Source: Bacteroidales bacterium UBA4814
GTDB lineage: Bacteria; Bacteroidota; Bacteroidia; Bacteroidales; UBA7960
Direction of reading: 5' to 3'
Assembly (NCBI GenBank): GCA_002402465.1
Contig: DHFW01000052.1
Coordinates: 71,971 to 135,970, forward strand
Length of the DNA stretch: 64,000 nucleotides
This document shows positions 1 through 9,773 of this stretch, piece after piece; the stretch's first letter is position 1, and each line of letters starts with the position of its first letter. The translations under genes and the position numbers were made by a program. The notes under the pieces were generated by a model. It was not told where the DNA came from. It searched no databases and saw only the letters and a program-made list of their open reading frames with translations.

Positions 1-270
1 GGAGCCAGGCGCGAAGTGGCCGAGTCGTACATCAAGCGGCTTAACGACCTTGAAGAACTGGCACTTTCCTATCCCGGGGTAGTTAAAACATATGCCATTC
101 AGGCTGGTCGTGAGCTCCGCGTTATTGTTGGAAGTGAAAAAGTGTCCGATAAAGATGCTGAACAAATCTCGTACGACCTGAGTAAGAAAATCCAAACCGA
201 AATGACCTATCCCGGACAAATTAAAATTACTGTGATCAGGGAAACCAGGGCTGTGGCTTTTGCCAAATGA
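1..270 (+). CDS. rny: ribonuclease Y, C-terminal fragment (5' part lies upstream of the window)
   Basis: Frame is open from nt 1. The tail ...[17 protein letters not shown]...[17 protein letters not shown] matches the RNase Y C-terminus. A hairpin plus T-run follows. Confidence 0.8.
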   Translation, partial: GARREVAESYIKRLNDLEELALSYPGVVKTYAIQAGRELRVIVGSEKVSDKDAEQISYDLSKKIQTEMTYPGQIKITVIRETRAVAFAK

Positions 271-294
271 CCCACCATTCTGCAATCATCAAAA

Positions 295-323
295 GGCCAT
301 CCTCATGATGGTCTTTTTTTTTT
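295..323 (+). terminator. intrinsic terminator after rny
   Basis: Stem ggccatc/gatggtc followed by T10 (314-323). Confidence 0.7.
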
Positions 324-459
324 GCATAGTATGTTAATATTTCTCCCTGGCATTAAACAAACATATTATTTTGGTGTTAAACCCTGTACCATTAAACTTT
401 ATTCTTTTTTTGATATCAAAATAAACAAGTAGTTTAAAAGCCATTAAATCACTTTAAAT

Positions 460-960
460 ATGCCCCGATTTTTCAGGAATCTAAGGTTGATTTTAATTCT
501 TCTTTTGGGAGTTCAATCCATAGTGGTTGCGCAAAGCCAGAAGACCATCAGGATGATGAGTTTTGATGATTTTGAGCCCATGCTCTACCGCGAAACTGAC
601 AGTTTGTACGTGGTAAACTTTTGGGCTACCTGGTGTGCCCCTTGCGTGCGTGAGATTCCTGCTTTTGAGAAGCTTAACGAGATGTATGCTCATCGAAAAG
701 TAAAAGTGCTTTTGGTGAGCCTCGATTTTCCGAATCAATTGGAATCCAGGGTAATACCCTTTGTACAGGATATGAAAGTACAAAGCGAAGTAATTCTGCT
801 CGACGAAAGAAACCCCAACCGCTGGATTCCCTTGGTGGACGAGGCCTGGACCGGAGCCATACCTGCCACTGTAATCTATGGGACGGAATTCAGGGGCTTT
901 TACCAGCGCGAATTTCACTTTGAAGAACTGGAAGAAATAATTCAACCATTAATAAACTAA
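460..960 (+). CDS. TlpA-family thiol:disulfide oxidoreductase (thioredoxin fold), secreted
   Basis: N-terminal signal peptide and a WATWCAPC redox motif. Confidence 0.75.
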   Translation: MPRFFRNLRLILILLLGVQSIVVAQSQKTIRMMSFDDFEPMLYRETDSLYVVNFWATWCAPCVREIPAFEKLNEMYAHRKVKVLLVSLDFPNQLESRVIPFVQDMKVQSEVILLDERNPNRWIPLVDEAWTGAIPATVIYGTEFRGFYQREFHFEELEEIIQPLIN

Positions 961-971
961 ATCCATTCCCA

Positions 972-1574
972 ATGAAGCGAGTAAGTATTTTTTTAAGCAT
1001 TGTTTTTCTGGCATTGGCCGCATTTTCCCAAGGCTATAAGGTAGGTGATGTGGCCACTGATTTCCGCCTGCTGAATGTAGATGGCAATTATGTATCGATG
1101 GCTGATTATCCTGATGCAAAGGGATTTATTGTAATCTTTTCGTGCAACCACTGTCCATTTGTGGTGGCCTATGAAGACCGGATGATTGACCTGCACAATG
1201 AATTTGCCCCCAAAGGCTTTCCCATTATTGCCATTAACCCCAACGACCCCGAGGTACAACCACAGGATTCGTATGAGCTGATGCAGGTTAGGGCCAAGGA
1301 AAAAGGTTTCCCTTTTGCCTACGTTTTTGACGATGGTCAGAAAATTTATCCCCAATACGGTGCCACACACACTCCTCACGTATATTTGCTCGAACGTGTT
1401 GGCACAGACCTCAAAGTAGCCTATATCGGTGGTATTGACGATAGTCCGCGCGATGCCAGCCAGGTTAGCGAAAGGTATCTTGCCAACGCCATCAATGCAC
1501 TGCTCGAGGGCAAGCGCCCTGAGCCGGATGTTACCAGAGCTATTGGTTGCACCATTAAGGTAAAAGCAAACTAA
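972..1574 (+). CDS. thioredoxin-fold (redoxin/AhpC-TSA-like) protein
   Basis: Signal peptide, FSCNHCPFV motif and redoxin-like layout. Confidence 0.7.
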   Translation: MKRVSIFLSIVFLALAAFSQGYKVGDVATDFRLLNVDGNYVSMADYPDAKGFIVIFSCNHCPFVVAYEDRMIDLHNEFAPKGFPIIAINPNDPEVQPQDSYELMQVRAKEKGFPFAYVFDDGQKIYPQYGATHTPHVYLLERVGTDLKVAYIGGIDDSPRDASQVSERYLANAINALLEGKRPEPDVTRAIGCTIKVKAN

Positions 1575-1611
1575 GGTCTCGGGCGGTGTGAAAAACACCC
1601 ATGACATTATT

Positions 1612-1647
1612 AAAGCCATTTTCGGGAAGACCGGGAATGGCTTTTTT
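1612..1647. terminator. bidirectional hairpin terminator between convergent genes
   Basis: Stem aaagccatt...aatggcttt followed by a T-run (1642-1647). Confidence 0.6.
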
Positions 1648-1648
1648 G

Positions 1649-2104
1649 TTAGTTTTCGCGCATGACGTATTCGTCGTATTCAAGTTCGAAGCGCAGTTTG
1701 TGCTTTGACTCTTCTATGGCAAGGGCCTTGAATACCTTGCTTAGTTCAAGGTTGTCGGTACGCTCAGCAAGGGCAGTGTAGAGCTTGAAGGCTGCTTTTT
1801 CCTTTTTCATGGCAAGCACCAAGGCATCGGCATATTCCATGTTGGCCGAAGGTTTGGCGCGGACCACATAATCGGCAATTTTAAGGTCGGTCACTTTCTC
1901 CACTTCCATATCGAAAAGCCGCTCGTCTTTAATTTTTTGCAAACGAGCCTTGTGGTTCACTTCCTCGCGTGCAAATTCCAGGAAAACTTCCCTTATTTGC
2001 TGGTTTTTCTGCTGTGTGGCAAGCTGAGTATAGAAATCAACGGCTTCCTGTTCGGCATTCATGGCAAAGTCGAGAATCTCGTCGAGCGAACTGAAGGTTT
2101 TCAT
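1649..2104 (-). CDS. ferritin-like / rubrerythrin-family diiron protein
   Basis: Two E..EExxH-type motifs (EEVNH, EESKH) in a 151-aa helical protein. Confidence 0.65.
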   Translation of the reverse strand: MKTFSSLDEILDFAMNAEQEAVDFYTQLATQQKNQQIREVFLEFAREEVNHKARLQKIKDERLFDMEVEKVTDLKIADYVVRAKPSANMEYADALVLAMKKEKAAFKLYTALAERTDNLELSKVFKALAIEESKHKLRFELEYDEYVMREN

Positions 2105-2115
2105 GTTTTTTCTTT

Positions 2116-5100
2116 TTAATGGTTAAATGCTATTTTCCATTCATCGTCAAAATATTTCACCAGGTAGTCGCATCCATGGTTGAACCGGGCGGGCGGGTGT
2201 GCCTTGCCGGGTGAAACAAAACGGTAAGGTGCCCATCCATTTTCAGGTGCGCGCTGAATTACAGACGCAGCTTCCAGCAGCACATCGGCCGGACTATCAT
2301 AGTGTAAATCCAAACCCAATGATTTGCCCATCTCAAGCAGCTGTTCAAGACTGCTCATTTCAATGGGCGATGGCATGGTGGCGTCAAACTGCTGGATAAA
2401 TTTCTGGGTGTTGGTAAAACTTCCCCCGGTTTCGAAGTGCAGTGAGGCCGGCAAAACCAGGTCGGCCATGGCTGCCGTATCGCTTATGAAGAGATCCTGT
2501 ACCACGAGAAAATCAACTTTCTCTAATACTTGCTGCATTTCTAGCTTGTTAATTGCACATCCCACGGGATCTTCGCCAAAAATGAAAGCATTTTTAATAT
2601 TGCCTGATTGCAGCAGTTCCCATTGATTTTGGTTAATTTCGGCTGGCAGGGTGTCGATTTTCCATTCAGAAATGAGATGCTTCTGAACCTTATCGCTGGT
2701 CAGACTTTTTCCGCCGGGAGCCATGGCCGCGCATGCGCCCATATCGAACAAGCCCTGGGCATTGTTTTTTTCTTTGAGGCTGATCAACCCGCTGGCATTT
2801 TTACCCGATTTACCGGTAAGATAGGCCAGGTTGTGCATTTCGTGGCAGGCTTCTGAGCTCAGATGTTTTTCTGAAAAAAGGATGATGGTCTGATGTTCGC
2901 TGTCGAAATCTCCCACAAAAGTGGCGAGCTCATTTTGATTGCACCCGGCTTTTTCGAGCAAGTCTTCAAAATCCATTGCCAGTAACTTTTCGCTGTATTC
3001 TTCAAAGCCCTGGCAGTGGTCATCGATAAAGATGCTGTTTTGCAATTGTTTGCTAAGAATGTAATGGTTTGCAGCCCTGAGGAAATATTCGTATGATTTG
3101 ATGCGGAGTACCGCGTTGGCCTTGTGCTCCATGCTGCTGGCCTCTTCGGTGGTAATTACCGCAACCGGTACTTCCATTTTTTGATTCAGCTTGTTGATGT
3201 AAAAACCTGGAACCGCGTTTTCCATATTTAGCTCGCTGCCCATAATATATATCCGGCATGCAGCGTAGATCTGTTCGAAAGGCACGTTGTTGCGGCTGTT
3301 TTCAAAATAGCCAGAGCCCCTGTCTATATAATGAAAGCTGGATATATTGTTGGTTCTTGCCCCGGCCCTTGCAATTTTCTGAATCAGGTACATCTCCTCA
3401 TTGGTAAGGCGTGCGCCCACATAAAATCCGTTTTGGGCGGGATTTGCCTTCGAAATCTTCTCTTTGATAACCTCCAGCGCGTGTTGGAAGCTAATTTCCC
3501 TGAATGTTCCGTTTTCTTTAAGCAAAGGTTTTGTAATGCGGCTTTTGTCGTTCAGATAACGATAGCCGAACTTGCCGTAGCGACAAATGCTGCCATCTTT
3601 GTTTATCAGGCCTTTGCTGCCTGTGGCCCTGGCGAAAAAATCTGACTTATGATGCAGGTTTATTTGGCAGCCGACAGCGCAATAATTACAAATGGTTTTG
3701 AATGCGTCGAGTGGCACAGGGCCTGGTTTGAAAGGCACGTTCTCAGTAATGGCTCCGGTGGGGCAAGTGTCGATACACATGCCGCACGACTCGCAATCGG
3801 TATGCAGCAGCGATTCGTCCAGGCTGGGAGCCACGTATGTTTCAAAGCCCCGGTTAATCAGTCCCAACGCATGAGCGCCAACTACCTCGCTGCAGATGCG
3901 CAAGCAACGGCTGCAAAGAATGCACTTGTTGTTGTCGATCTCAATAAAGGGATGATCAAAGCGAAGCGGATAATTGCGAAAATCGCCTTTGAAATGATCT
4001 TGCCGGGCCTGATACTGGGTGGAATACTTTTTCAGGCTGCAGGTGTAAAGTTCGCTGCAGCCGCATTCCATGCAGCGCAGGGTTTCTTTAAGGGCGGCTT
4101 CGGGAGTATAACCCAGTTCAACCTCCTCAAAGTTGTTTCTTAACGCAGGGTCGAGGGTGGGCATTTCTTGGCGGGGCTGTTTCTCATACCATGCCTCGTA
4201 ATCTTCCATGAGCTGTTCACGGAAGTTGTCGCGTTTGCTCAGGAATTCATAAGGTGGAGGAGTAACTTCTTTCCCGTGAAGGTATTTGTTGCAGCTCTGC
4301 GCCGCCAAACGTCCCTGGGCAATGGCTTCTATGAGTGTGGCGGGTCCGGTTACCCCATCGCCGCAGGCAAACACATTGGCGATGCTGGTGCCAAGGGTTT
4401 TCGGGTTGGCGTCGATATTGCCCCACTTGTTTAGGATGAGCTCCTGGCCGGCATGGTTATTTATATCGTTAATAAAATTCACATTGGTTTTCTGACCAAT
4501 GGCAGCCAGCACAATGTCAAGGTGCACATCAAATTCAGAGCCCTCAACCTTTACCGGACGGCGCCGGCCTGAGGCATCAGGCTCTCCCAGCTGCATGCGA
4601 AAGCAGGTCAAGGACTTGATGTTGCCGTTTTCGTCGGGGTTTACCCTGGCAGGTGCAGTAAGGAAAAGATATTGTATGCCTTCCAGCTTCGATTCATGGA
4701 TTTCGATGGGGTTGGCGGGCATTTCTTTTTCGGTTCGGCGATAAATGACGGTTACTTCTTCGGCCCCGCAGCGCATGGCCGCACGGCAGCAGTCCATGGC
4801 CGTATTTCCTCCGCCAATCACACCCACTTTTTTGCCGGAAAAGTCATATTTCTGTCCGGTGGCTTCCATGTTGCGCAAAAAGTCAATACCCGAAAAGATA
4901 TTTCCTGCATCATCGTTTTCGCAGCCAATGCGGGTGCCATTTTGCGATCCAATGGCCAGAATTACGGCATCGAAGTTGCTTTTCAGCTCGGCGTAACTGA
5001 GGTTCTCGCCCAGTTTCATATTGTAGTGGATTTCCACGCCCAGAGCAGTAATGCCTTCCACCTCCTTATCAATAATGTCGTTGGGCAGGCGGTATGGCGG

Positions 5101-5811
5101 AATGCCATACCTGAGCATTCCGCCAGCCTGTGCGTGGGCTTCAAAAATTTCCACGTGATGTCCTTCCTTTGCCAGAAAAAATGCGGCACTAAGGCCTCCG
5201 GGGCCCGCTCCAATAATGGCAACTCTTTTGCCGGTTGCCGGTTTCTTTTGAGGGAAAAAGCGATTGGGCGACTCCAGGTCGATATCGGAAGTGTAGCGTT
5301 TCAGGTAGTCGATACCCACACCTACATCTTCCACCAGGTTTCGACGGCAGGCAAGCTCGCATGGGCGCACGCATACCCTGCCACATATAGCTGGCAGGGG
5401 ATTGGTGTTTTTGATCAGCTCCACGGCTTCGCGATGCATGCCCTTGTTGATCATGGCAATATAGCCCTGCACATCCACACCGGCGGGGCAGGTTTCGCGG
5501 CATGGGGCGATGCAGTCGGCATAATGGTTGCTGGCCATGAGCTCAAGCGACATCTTTCGCGACTTTTTTACTCTTTCGTTTTCCGTTTCGATGCGCATGC
5601 CTTCGGTAATTCGGGTAGAGCAGGAGGGTTGCAGGCCGCGCATGCCCTCCACTTCCACCACGCAAACGTAGCAAGAGGAGAAAGGCTCCAGGCGGTCGTC
5701 GTGGCAAAGGGTAGGTATTTCAATGTGGTGACGACAGGCCAGTTCAAGTATGGTTTCACCGGGAAGGCCCTGCACTATACGTCCGTTGAGAATTATATTG
5801 AGTTTGCTCAT
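2116..5811 (-). CDS. multidomain FeS flavoprotein: NuoG-type 2Fe-2S N-terminus + GltD-like NAD(P)H/FAD module + 4Fe-4S clusters + truncated molybdopterin-oxidoreductase-like domain
   Basis: N-terminal CHDDRLEPFSSCYVCVVEV. GltD-like CPAGVDV...CGRVCVRPCELACRRN and IIGAGPGGLSAAFFLA...GGMLRYGIPPYRLP. Further CILCSRCLRIC, CESCGMCIDTCPTGAI and CNYCAVGCQI motifs. Confidence 0.75.
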   Translation of the reverse strand: MSKLNIILNGRIVQGLPGETILELACRHHIEIPTLCHDDRLEPFSSCYVCVVEVEGMRGLQPSCSTRITEGMRIETENERVKKSRKMSLELMASNHYADCIAPCRETCPAGVDVQGYIAMINKGMHREAVELIKNTNPLPAICGRVCVRPCELACRRNLVEDVGVGIDYLKRYTSDIDLESPNRFFPQKKPATGKRVAIIGAGPGGLSAAFFLAKEGHHVEIFEAHAQAGGMLRYGIPPYRLPNDIIDKEVEGITALGVEIHYNMKLGENLSYAELKSNFDAVILAIGSQNGTRIGCENDDAGNIFSGIDFLRNMEATGQKYDFSGKKVGVIGGGNTAMDCCRAAMRCGAEEVTVIYRRTEKEMPANPIEIHESKLEGIQYLFLTAPARVNPDENGNIKSLTCFRMQLGEPDASGRRRPVKVEGSEFDVHLDIVLAAIGQKTNVNFINDINNHAGQELILNKWGNIDANPKTLGTSIANVFACGDGVTGPATLIEAIAQGRLAAQSCNKYLHGKEVTPPPYEFLSKRDNFREQLMEDYEAWYEKQPRQEMPTLDPALRNNFEEVELGYTPEAALKETLRCMECGCSELYTCSLKKYSTQYQARQDHFKGDFRNYPLRFDHPFIEIDNNKCILCSRCLRICSEVVGAHALGLINRGFETYVAPSLDESLLHTDCESCGMCIDTCPTGAITENVPFKPGPVPLDAFKTICNYCAVGCQINLHHKSDFFARATGSKGLINKDGSICRYGKFGYRYLNDKSRITKPLLKENGTFREISFQHALEVIKEKISKANPAQNGFYVGARLTNEEMYLIQKIARAGARTNNISSFHYIDRGSGYFENSRNNVPFEQIYAACRIYIMGSELNMENAVPGFYINKLNQKMEVPVAVITTEEASSMEHKANAVLRIKSYEYFLRAANHYILSKQLQNSIFIDDHCQGFEEYSEKLLAMDFEDLLEKAGCNQNELATFVGDFDSEHQTIILFSEKHLSSEACHEMHNLAYLTGKSGKNASGLISLKEKNNAQGLFDMGACAAMAPGGKSLTSDKVQKHLISEWKIDTLPAEINQNQWELLQSGNIKNAFIFGEDPVGCAINKLEMQQVLEKVDFLVVQDLFISDTAAMADLVLPASLHFETGGSFTNTQKFIQQFDATMPSPIEMSSLEQLLEMGKSLGLDLHYDSPADVLLEAASVIQRAPENGWAPYRFVSPGKAHPPARFNHGCDYLVKYFDDEWKIAFNH

Positions 5812-5838
5812 AATCTTTATTTTTCGGAACGGAAAGAC

Positions 5839-7617
5839 TTAACTTAACTGAATGGCTCCAAACTTGCATTTGGTATAGCATGCGCCGCATTTAATGCAAA
5901 TGTCTTGCAGGATAAAGTGTGGTTCGCGCTTACCACCTTCAATGGCATCCACCGTGCAGCCCTTGGTACAGGACATGCAACCGGTACATTTCTCCTGGTC
6001 GACCGTGTAGGTAAGCAATTTTTTGCAACTCAGTGCCGGACATTTTTTATCGCGGATATGGGCCTCGTATTCGTTGCGGAAGTATTTTATCGTAGTTAGC
6101 ACCGGGTTGGGTGCTGTTTGTCCCAGCCCGCACAGCGACCCATCCTTTATGTTGTGGGCCAGCTCTTCGAGCAGCTCAATGTCGCCTTCGTGCCCTTCGC
6201 CTTCGGTGATCCGCGTTAGGATTTCGAGCATGCGCTTGGTGCCAATGCGGCAAAAAGTACATTTGCCGCACGACTCCTTCTGGGTAAAATCGAGAAAGAA
6301 ACGTGCAATATCGACCACGCAAGTGGTTTCGTCCATAACCACCATGCCGCCCGATCCCATTATTGCACCGGTAGCGTTCACAGAGTCGTAATCGACCTGG
6401 GTGTGTGAGAGGTATTCGGGCACACAACCTCCCGAGGGTCCGCCCAGTTGCACCGCCTTAAATTTTTTGCCCCCCGCAATGCCTCCGCCCAGGTTGTAAA
6501 TAATGTCTTTGATGGAAATGCCCATTGGAACCTCCACCAGCCCGCCGTGCTTTATTTTCCCGGTAAGGGCAAAAACCTTGGTGCCTTTGCTCTTTTCAGT
6601 TCCCATGGCAGCATAGGCTTGGGGGCCGGTGAAGATGATCCAGGGAATGTTTACAAAAGTTTCAACATTGTTGATATTGGTCGGGCTATTCCACAGACCC
6701 GACTGGGCAGGGAACGGAGGCCTTCTGCGGGGCATTCCGCGCCTGCCTTCAATGGAGGCGATCAGAGCGGTTTCTTCACCGCACACAAAAGCACCTGCGC
6801 CTTCTTTAATCTTAATATCGAAATTAAAATGCTCTATGCCAAAAAGGTTTTTACCCAAGTAGCCCTTTTGGCGGGCCTGCTCAATGGCGATGTTCAGGCG
6901 CTTTATGGCCAGTGGGTATTCGGCCCTGCAGTATATATAGCCTTCGCTGGCGCCAATGGCATAGCCGCAAATGATCATGCCTTCAAGCACCCCGTGGGGG
7001 TCGCCTTCCAGAATGGAGCGGTCCATAAAGGCCCCGGGGTCACCCTCGTCGGCATTGCAAATCACGTACTTCTGAGGGGCATCGTAGTTGCGTGCAAACT
7101 TCCATTTCATGCCGGTGGAAAACCCACCGCCTCCGCGCCCACGCAGGCCAGAGTCGATGACCATTTGTATTACCTGGTCGGGCTTAAGGTAGTTGTCGGC
7201 AATTTTTCGAATGGCCGCATAACCATTGCGGGATTCGTACTCATCGATATTTTCGGGGTCCATATGGCCGCAGTTGCGCAAAGCAATTTTTACCTGGCCT
7301 TCGAAAAACGACTGGTCGGCCGATGGGAATTTTTCGCTATGAACAATGTATTCTGGAATAGGGGAGAAGTTTTTAATGTGTTTTTCAATGATTTCGTCGG
7401 CTTTTGCCGGATCGACTTGCCCGTAAAGGTAAGTGCCGCTGTCGTCGATGATTTCGACCAGAGGCTCGCGAAAGCACATACCCACACAGCTGGTTTTTTT
7501 TAGTTCGAAGTCGAGTTTGTCGGCCCCCTTTATACGCTGAAACTCACTGAAGGTTTTGCCTGCCCCGGCAGCAATGCCGCAACTTCCAAGGCCCACTATA
7601 ACTGTTGTTTTTTTCAT
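5839..7617 (-). CDS. NuoF/HydB-like NADH-binding FMN/FeS subunit with C-terminal 2x[4Fe-4S] ferredoxin domain
   Basis: GLRGRGGGGFSTGMKW and CNADEGDPGAF (FMN/NADH site), ESCGKCTFCR (N3 cluster), and C-terminal CTGCMSC/CIKCGAC motifs. Confidence 0.85.
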   Translation of the reverse strand: MKKTTVIVGLGSCGIAAGAGKTFSEFQRIKGADKLDFELKKTSCVGMCFREPLVEIIDDSGTYLYGQVDPAKADEIIEKHIKNFSPIPEYIVHSEKFPSADQSFFEGQVKIALRNCGHMDPENIDEYESRNGYAAIRKIADNYLKPDQVIQMVIDSGLRGRGGGGFSTGMKWKFARNYDAPQKYVICNADEGDPGAFMDRSILEGDPHGVLEGMIICGYAIGASEGYIYCRAEYPLAIKRLNIAIEQARQKGYLGKNLFGIEHFNFDIKIKEGAGAFVCGEETALIASIEGRRGMPRRRPPFPAQSGLWNSPTNINNVETFVNIPWIIFTGPQAYAAMGTEKSKGTKVFALTGKIKHGGLVEVPMGISIKDIIYNLGGGIAGGKKFKAVQLGGPSGGCVPEYLSHTQVDYDSVNATGAIMGSGGMVVMDETTCVVDIARFFLDFTQKESCGKCTFCRIGTKRMLEILTRITEGEGHEGDIELLEELAHNIKDGSLCGLGQTAPNPVLTTIKYFRNEYEAHIRDKKCPALSCKKLLTYTVDQEKCTGCMSCTKGCTVDAIEGGKREPHFILQDICIKCGACYTKCKFGAIQLS

Positions 7618-7635
7618 ACATAAGGCTTTTAAGGT

Positions 7636-8157
7636 TTAAAGGGCTTCGTTGCGCCGTATCTCTTTCACGATTTTCATTGCTTTCTTCGGGGTAAGCTTGC
7701 CATGGGTTTCTTCGTCGATCATCATTACGGGTGCCAGGGAGCAACAACCCAGGCAGGCTACGGTTTCAACGGTAAACAAGCCATCGCTGGTGGTTTCCCC
7801 ATCCTTCACTTCCAGGAAATCGAGCAGCTCGTCGGTAATGGCCGTTACATTTTGCACATGGCAGGCCGTACCATGACACATCTTTATCATGTGTTTGCCG
7901 GAAGGGGTAAGCCTGAACTGGGCATAAAAAGTGGCCACTCCATAGAGCTCGCTCAGGCTCAGGCCGGTGTCGTTATGCAGTTTAAGAAAGGCTTCGCGCG
8001 GGATGAAGCCAAAAAGTTCCTGGGTGCCTTGCAAAAGGGGTATGAGGTTGCCTTGCTTGTATTTGTATTTCGCTATCAATGAGTCCATTAGCGAAATATC
8101 TACGCTGGGTTGTACCAGCAGAGCAGCGGGTTCGGGGGATATCCTTTTTACTCGCAT
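7636..8157 (-). CDS. NuoE/HydC-like [2Fe-2S] subunit
   Basis: CHGTACHV...CLGCCSLAPV motif. It is 18 nt upstream of the NuoF-like gene. Confidence 0.85.
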   Translation of the reverse strand: MRVKRISPEPAALLVQPSVDISLMDSLIAKYKYKQGNLIPLLQGTQELFGFIPREAFLKLHNDTGLSLSELYGVATFYAQFRLTPSGKHMIKMCHGTACHVQNVTAITDELLDFLEVKDGETTSDGLFTVETVACLGCCSLAPVMMIDEETHGKLTPKKAMKIVKEIRRNEAL

Positions 8158-8269
8158 GTAACCTGGGTTTTGGTTTATGGCCGAAAATTAAAGAAAATTG
8201 AACATAATCCTCGGAATATAAAGAATATTTTTTTTGTAAAATATTTCTTGCATATGTCGTTTATTTTTA

Positions 8270-8300
8270 TAAAAAAAGCTGTGCGGAAAACCACACAGCT
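8270..8300 (-). terminator. intrinsic terminator after gdh copy 1
   Basis: Stem agctgtg/cacagct with a T-run on the minus strand (A-run 8271-8276 on the plus strand). Confidence 0.65.
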
Positions 8301-8324
8301 TTTTGTTTTCTGAAATAATTGAGC

Positions 8325-9662
8325 TTAAATAACGCCCTGGTCGATCATGGCATCGGCAACTTTTATAAAGCCGGCCACGTTGGCGCCTTTCACATAGTTC
8401 ACATATCCATCCTCTTCCTTGCCGTATTTCACACAAGCTTCGTGGATGTTGATCATAATCTGGCGAAGTTTTTCTTCCACTTCTTCGGCGGTCCAGTTCA
8501 ATTTCATGGCATTCTGAGTCTGTTCCAGGCCCGAAGTGGCTACACCACCCGCATTGGAGGCTTTACCGGGAGCGTAGAGGATTTTTGCCTTGAGAAATAT
8601 TTCCATGGCTTCGGGAGTGCAGGGCATGTTGGCACCTTCAGAAACGCACATTACGCCGTTGTTTACCAGGTTCTGGGCATCCTCGGCGTTGAGCTCGTTC
8701 TGGATGGCGCAAGGCAGGGCTACGTCGCACTTTACCTCCCACGGACGTTTGCCTTCGAAGAACTGGGCGTTGGGGAATTCGTAGGTGTAAGGTTTTACGA
8801 TGTCCTGGTTGGAGGCACGCAGATCGAGCAGATAGTCGATTTTTTCGCCGCTGATGCCATCGGGATCGTACACATAACCGTCGGGGCCGCTGATAGTAAC
8901 TACCTTAGCACCTAACTGGTTGGCTTTGATAATGGAGCCCCAGGAAACGTTACCAAAACCTGAAACGGCAACAATCTTGCCTTTTATGGATTCTCCTCGG
9001 GTCTTGAGCATTTCTTCGGCAAAGTAAACGTTGCCGAAGCCAGTGGCTTCCGGACGGATGAGGCTGCCACCCCAGTTGCGTCCCTTACCTGTAAACACGC
9101 CATTGTGGGTGTTGGTAAGTTTCTTGTACATTCCATACATATAGCCAATTTCGCGACCACCCACGCCAATGTCGCCTGCGGGAATGTCGGTGTCAGGCCC
9201 AACATATTTGTAAAGTTCTGTCATCAGTGCATGGCAGAAACGCATGATTTCAGCGTTGGATTTTCCCTTGGGGTTAAAATCGCTGCCACCTTTTGCACCA
9301 CCCATTGGCAGGGTTGTAAGGGCGTTCTTGAAGGTTTGCTCAAAACCCAGGAACTTCAAACTACCGAGGGTTACACTGGGGTGAAAGCGCATGCCACCCT
9401 TGTATGGGCCAATGGCGTTGTTGAACTGCACGCGGTAGGCACGGTTTACGTTGACCTTGCCTTTGTCGTCGAGCCATTCTACCTTGAAGGAGATTACCCG
9501 GTCGGGCTCAATAATTCTTTCAATAATGTTGTTGGCCTCGTACTTGGGGTTTTCTTTGATAACGTCTTCAATCGTTTCAAGTACTTCCTTAACCGCCTGG
9601 AGAAACTCTGGTTGTCCCGGATTTTTCTTCTCCAGGTCTGCCATAATCTTTTCTAAGTCCAT
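8325..9662 (-). CDS. gdhA: glutamate dehydrogenase (copy 1)
   Basis: Full-length 445-aa hexameric-type GDH with the KGGMRFHP and LPMGGAKGGSDFNPKGKS motifs. Confidence 0.9.
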   Translation of the reverse strand: MDLEKIMADLEKKNPGQPEFLQAVKEVLETIEDVIKENPKYEANNIIERIIEPDRVISFKVEWLDDKGKVNVNRAYRVQFNNAIGPYKGGMRFHPSVTLGSLKFLGFEQTFKNALTTLPMGGAKGGSDFNPKGKSNAEIMRFCHALMTELYKYVGPDTDIPAGDIGVGGREIGYMYGMYKKLTNTHNGVFTGKGRNWGGSLIRPEATGFGNVYFAEEMLKTRGESIKGKIVAVSGFGNVSWGSIIKANQLGAKVVTISGPDGYVYDPDGISGEKIDYLLDLRASNQDIVKPYTYEFPNAQFFEGKRPWEVKCDVALPCAIQNELNAEDAQNLVNNGVMCVSEGANMPCTPEAMEIFLKAKILYAPGKASNAGGVATSGLEQTQNAMKLNWTAEEVEEKLRQIMINIHEACVKYGKEEDGYVNYVKGANVAGFIKVADAMIDQGVI

Positions 9663-9773
9663 AATTTAACAGATTTAAAAAGTTTTTAATTGGGGTGATG
9701 TTAAAAAATTAACGTTTATTTCCGGGACGAAATTAGCCCTTAATTTTCAGATAACAAAGGAAAGCCAGGAAAT

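Noticed and set aside
4672-7503. Long antisense ORFs (391 aa at 4672..5847 and 351 aa at 6448..7503) opposite the NuoG-GltD and NuoF-like genes.
   Set aside because: These are shadow ORFs on the strand opposite genes with strong, motif-rich products. Their composition is low-complexity and Ala/Gly/His-rich.
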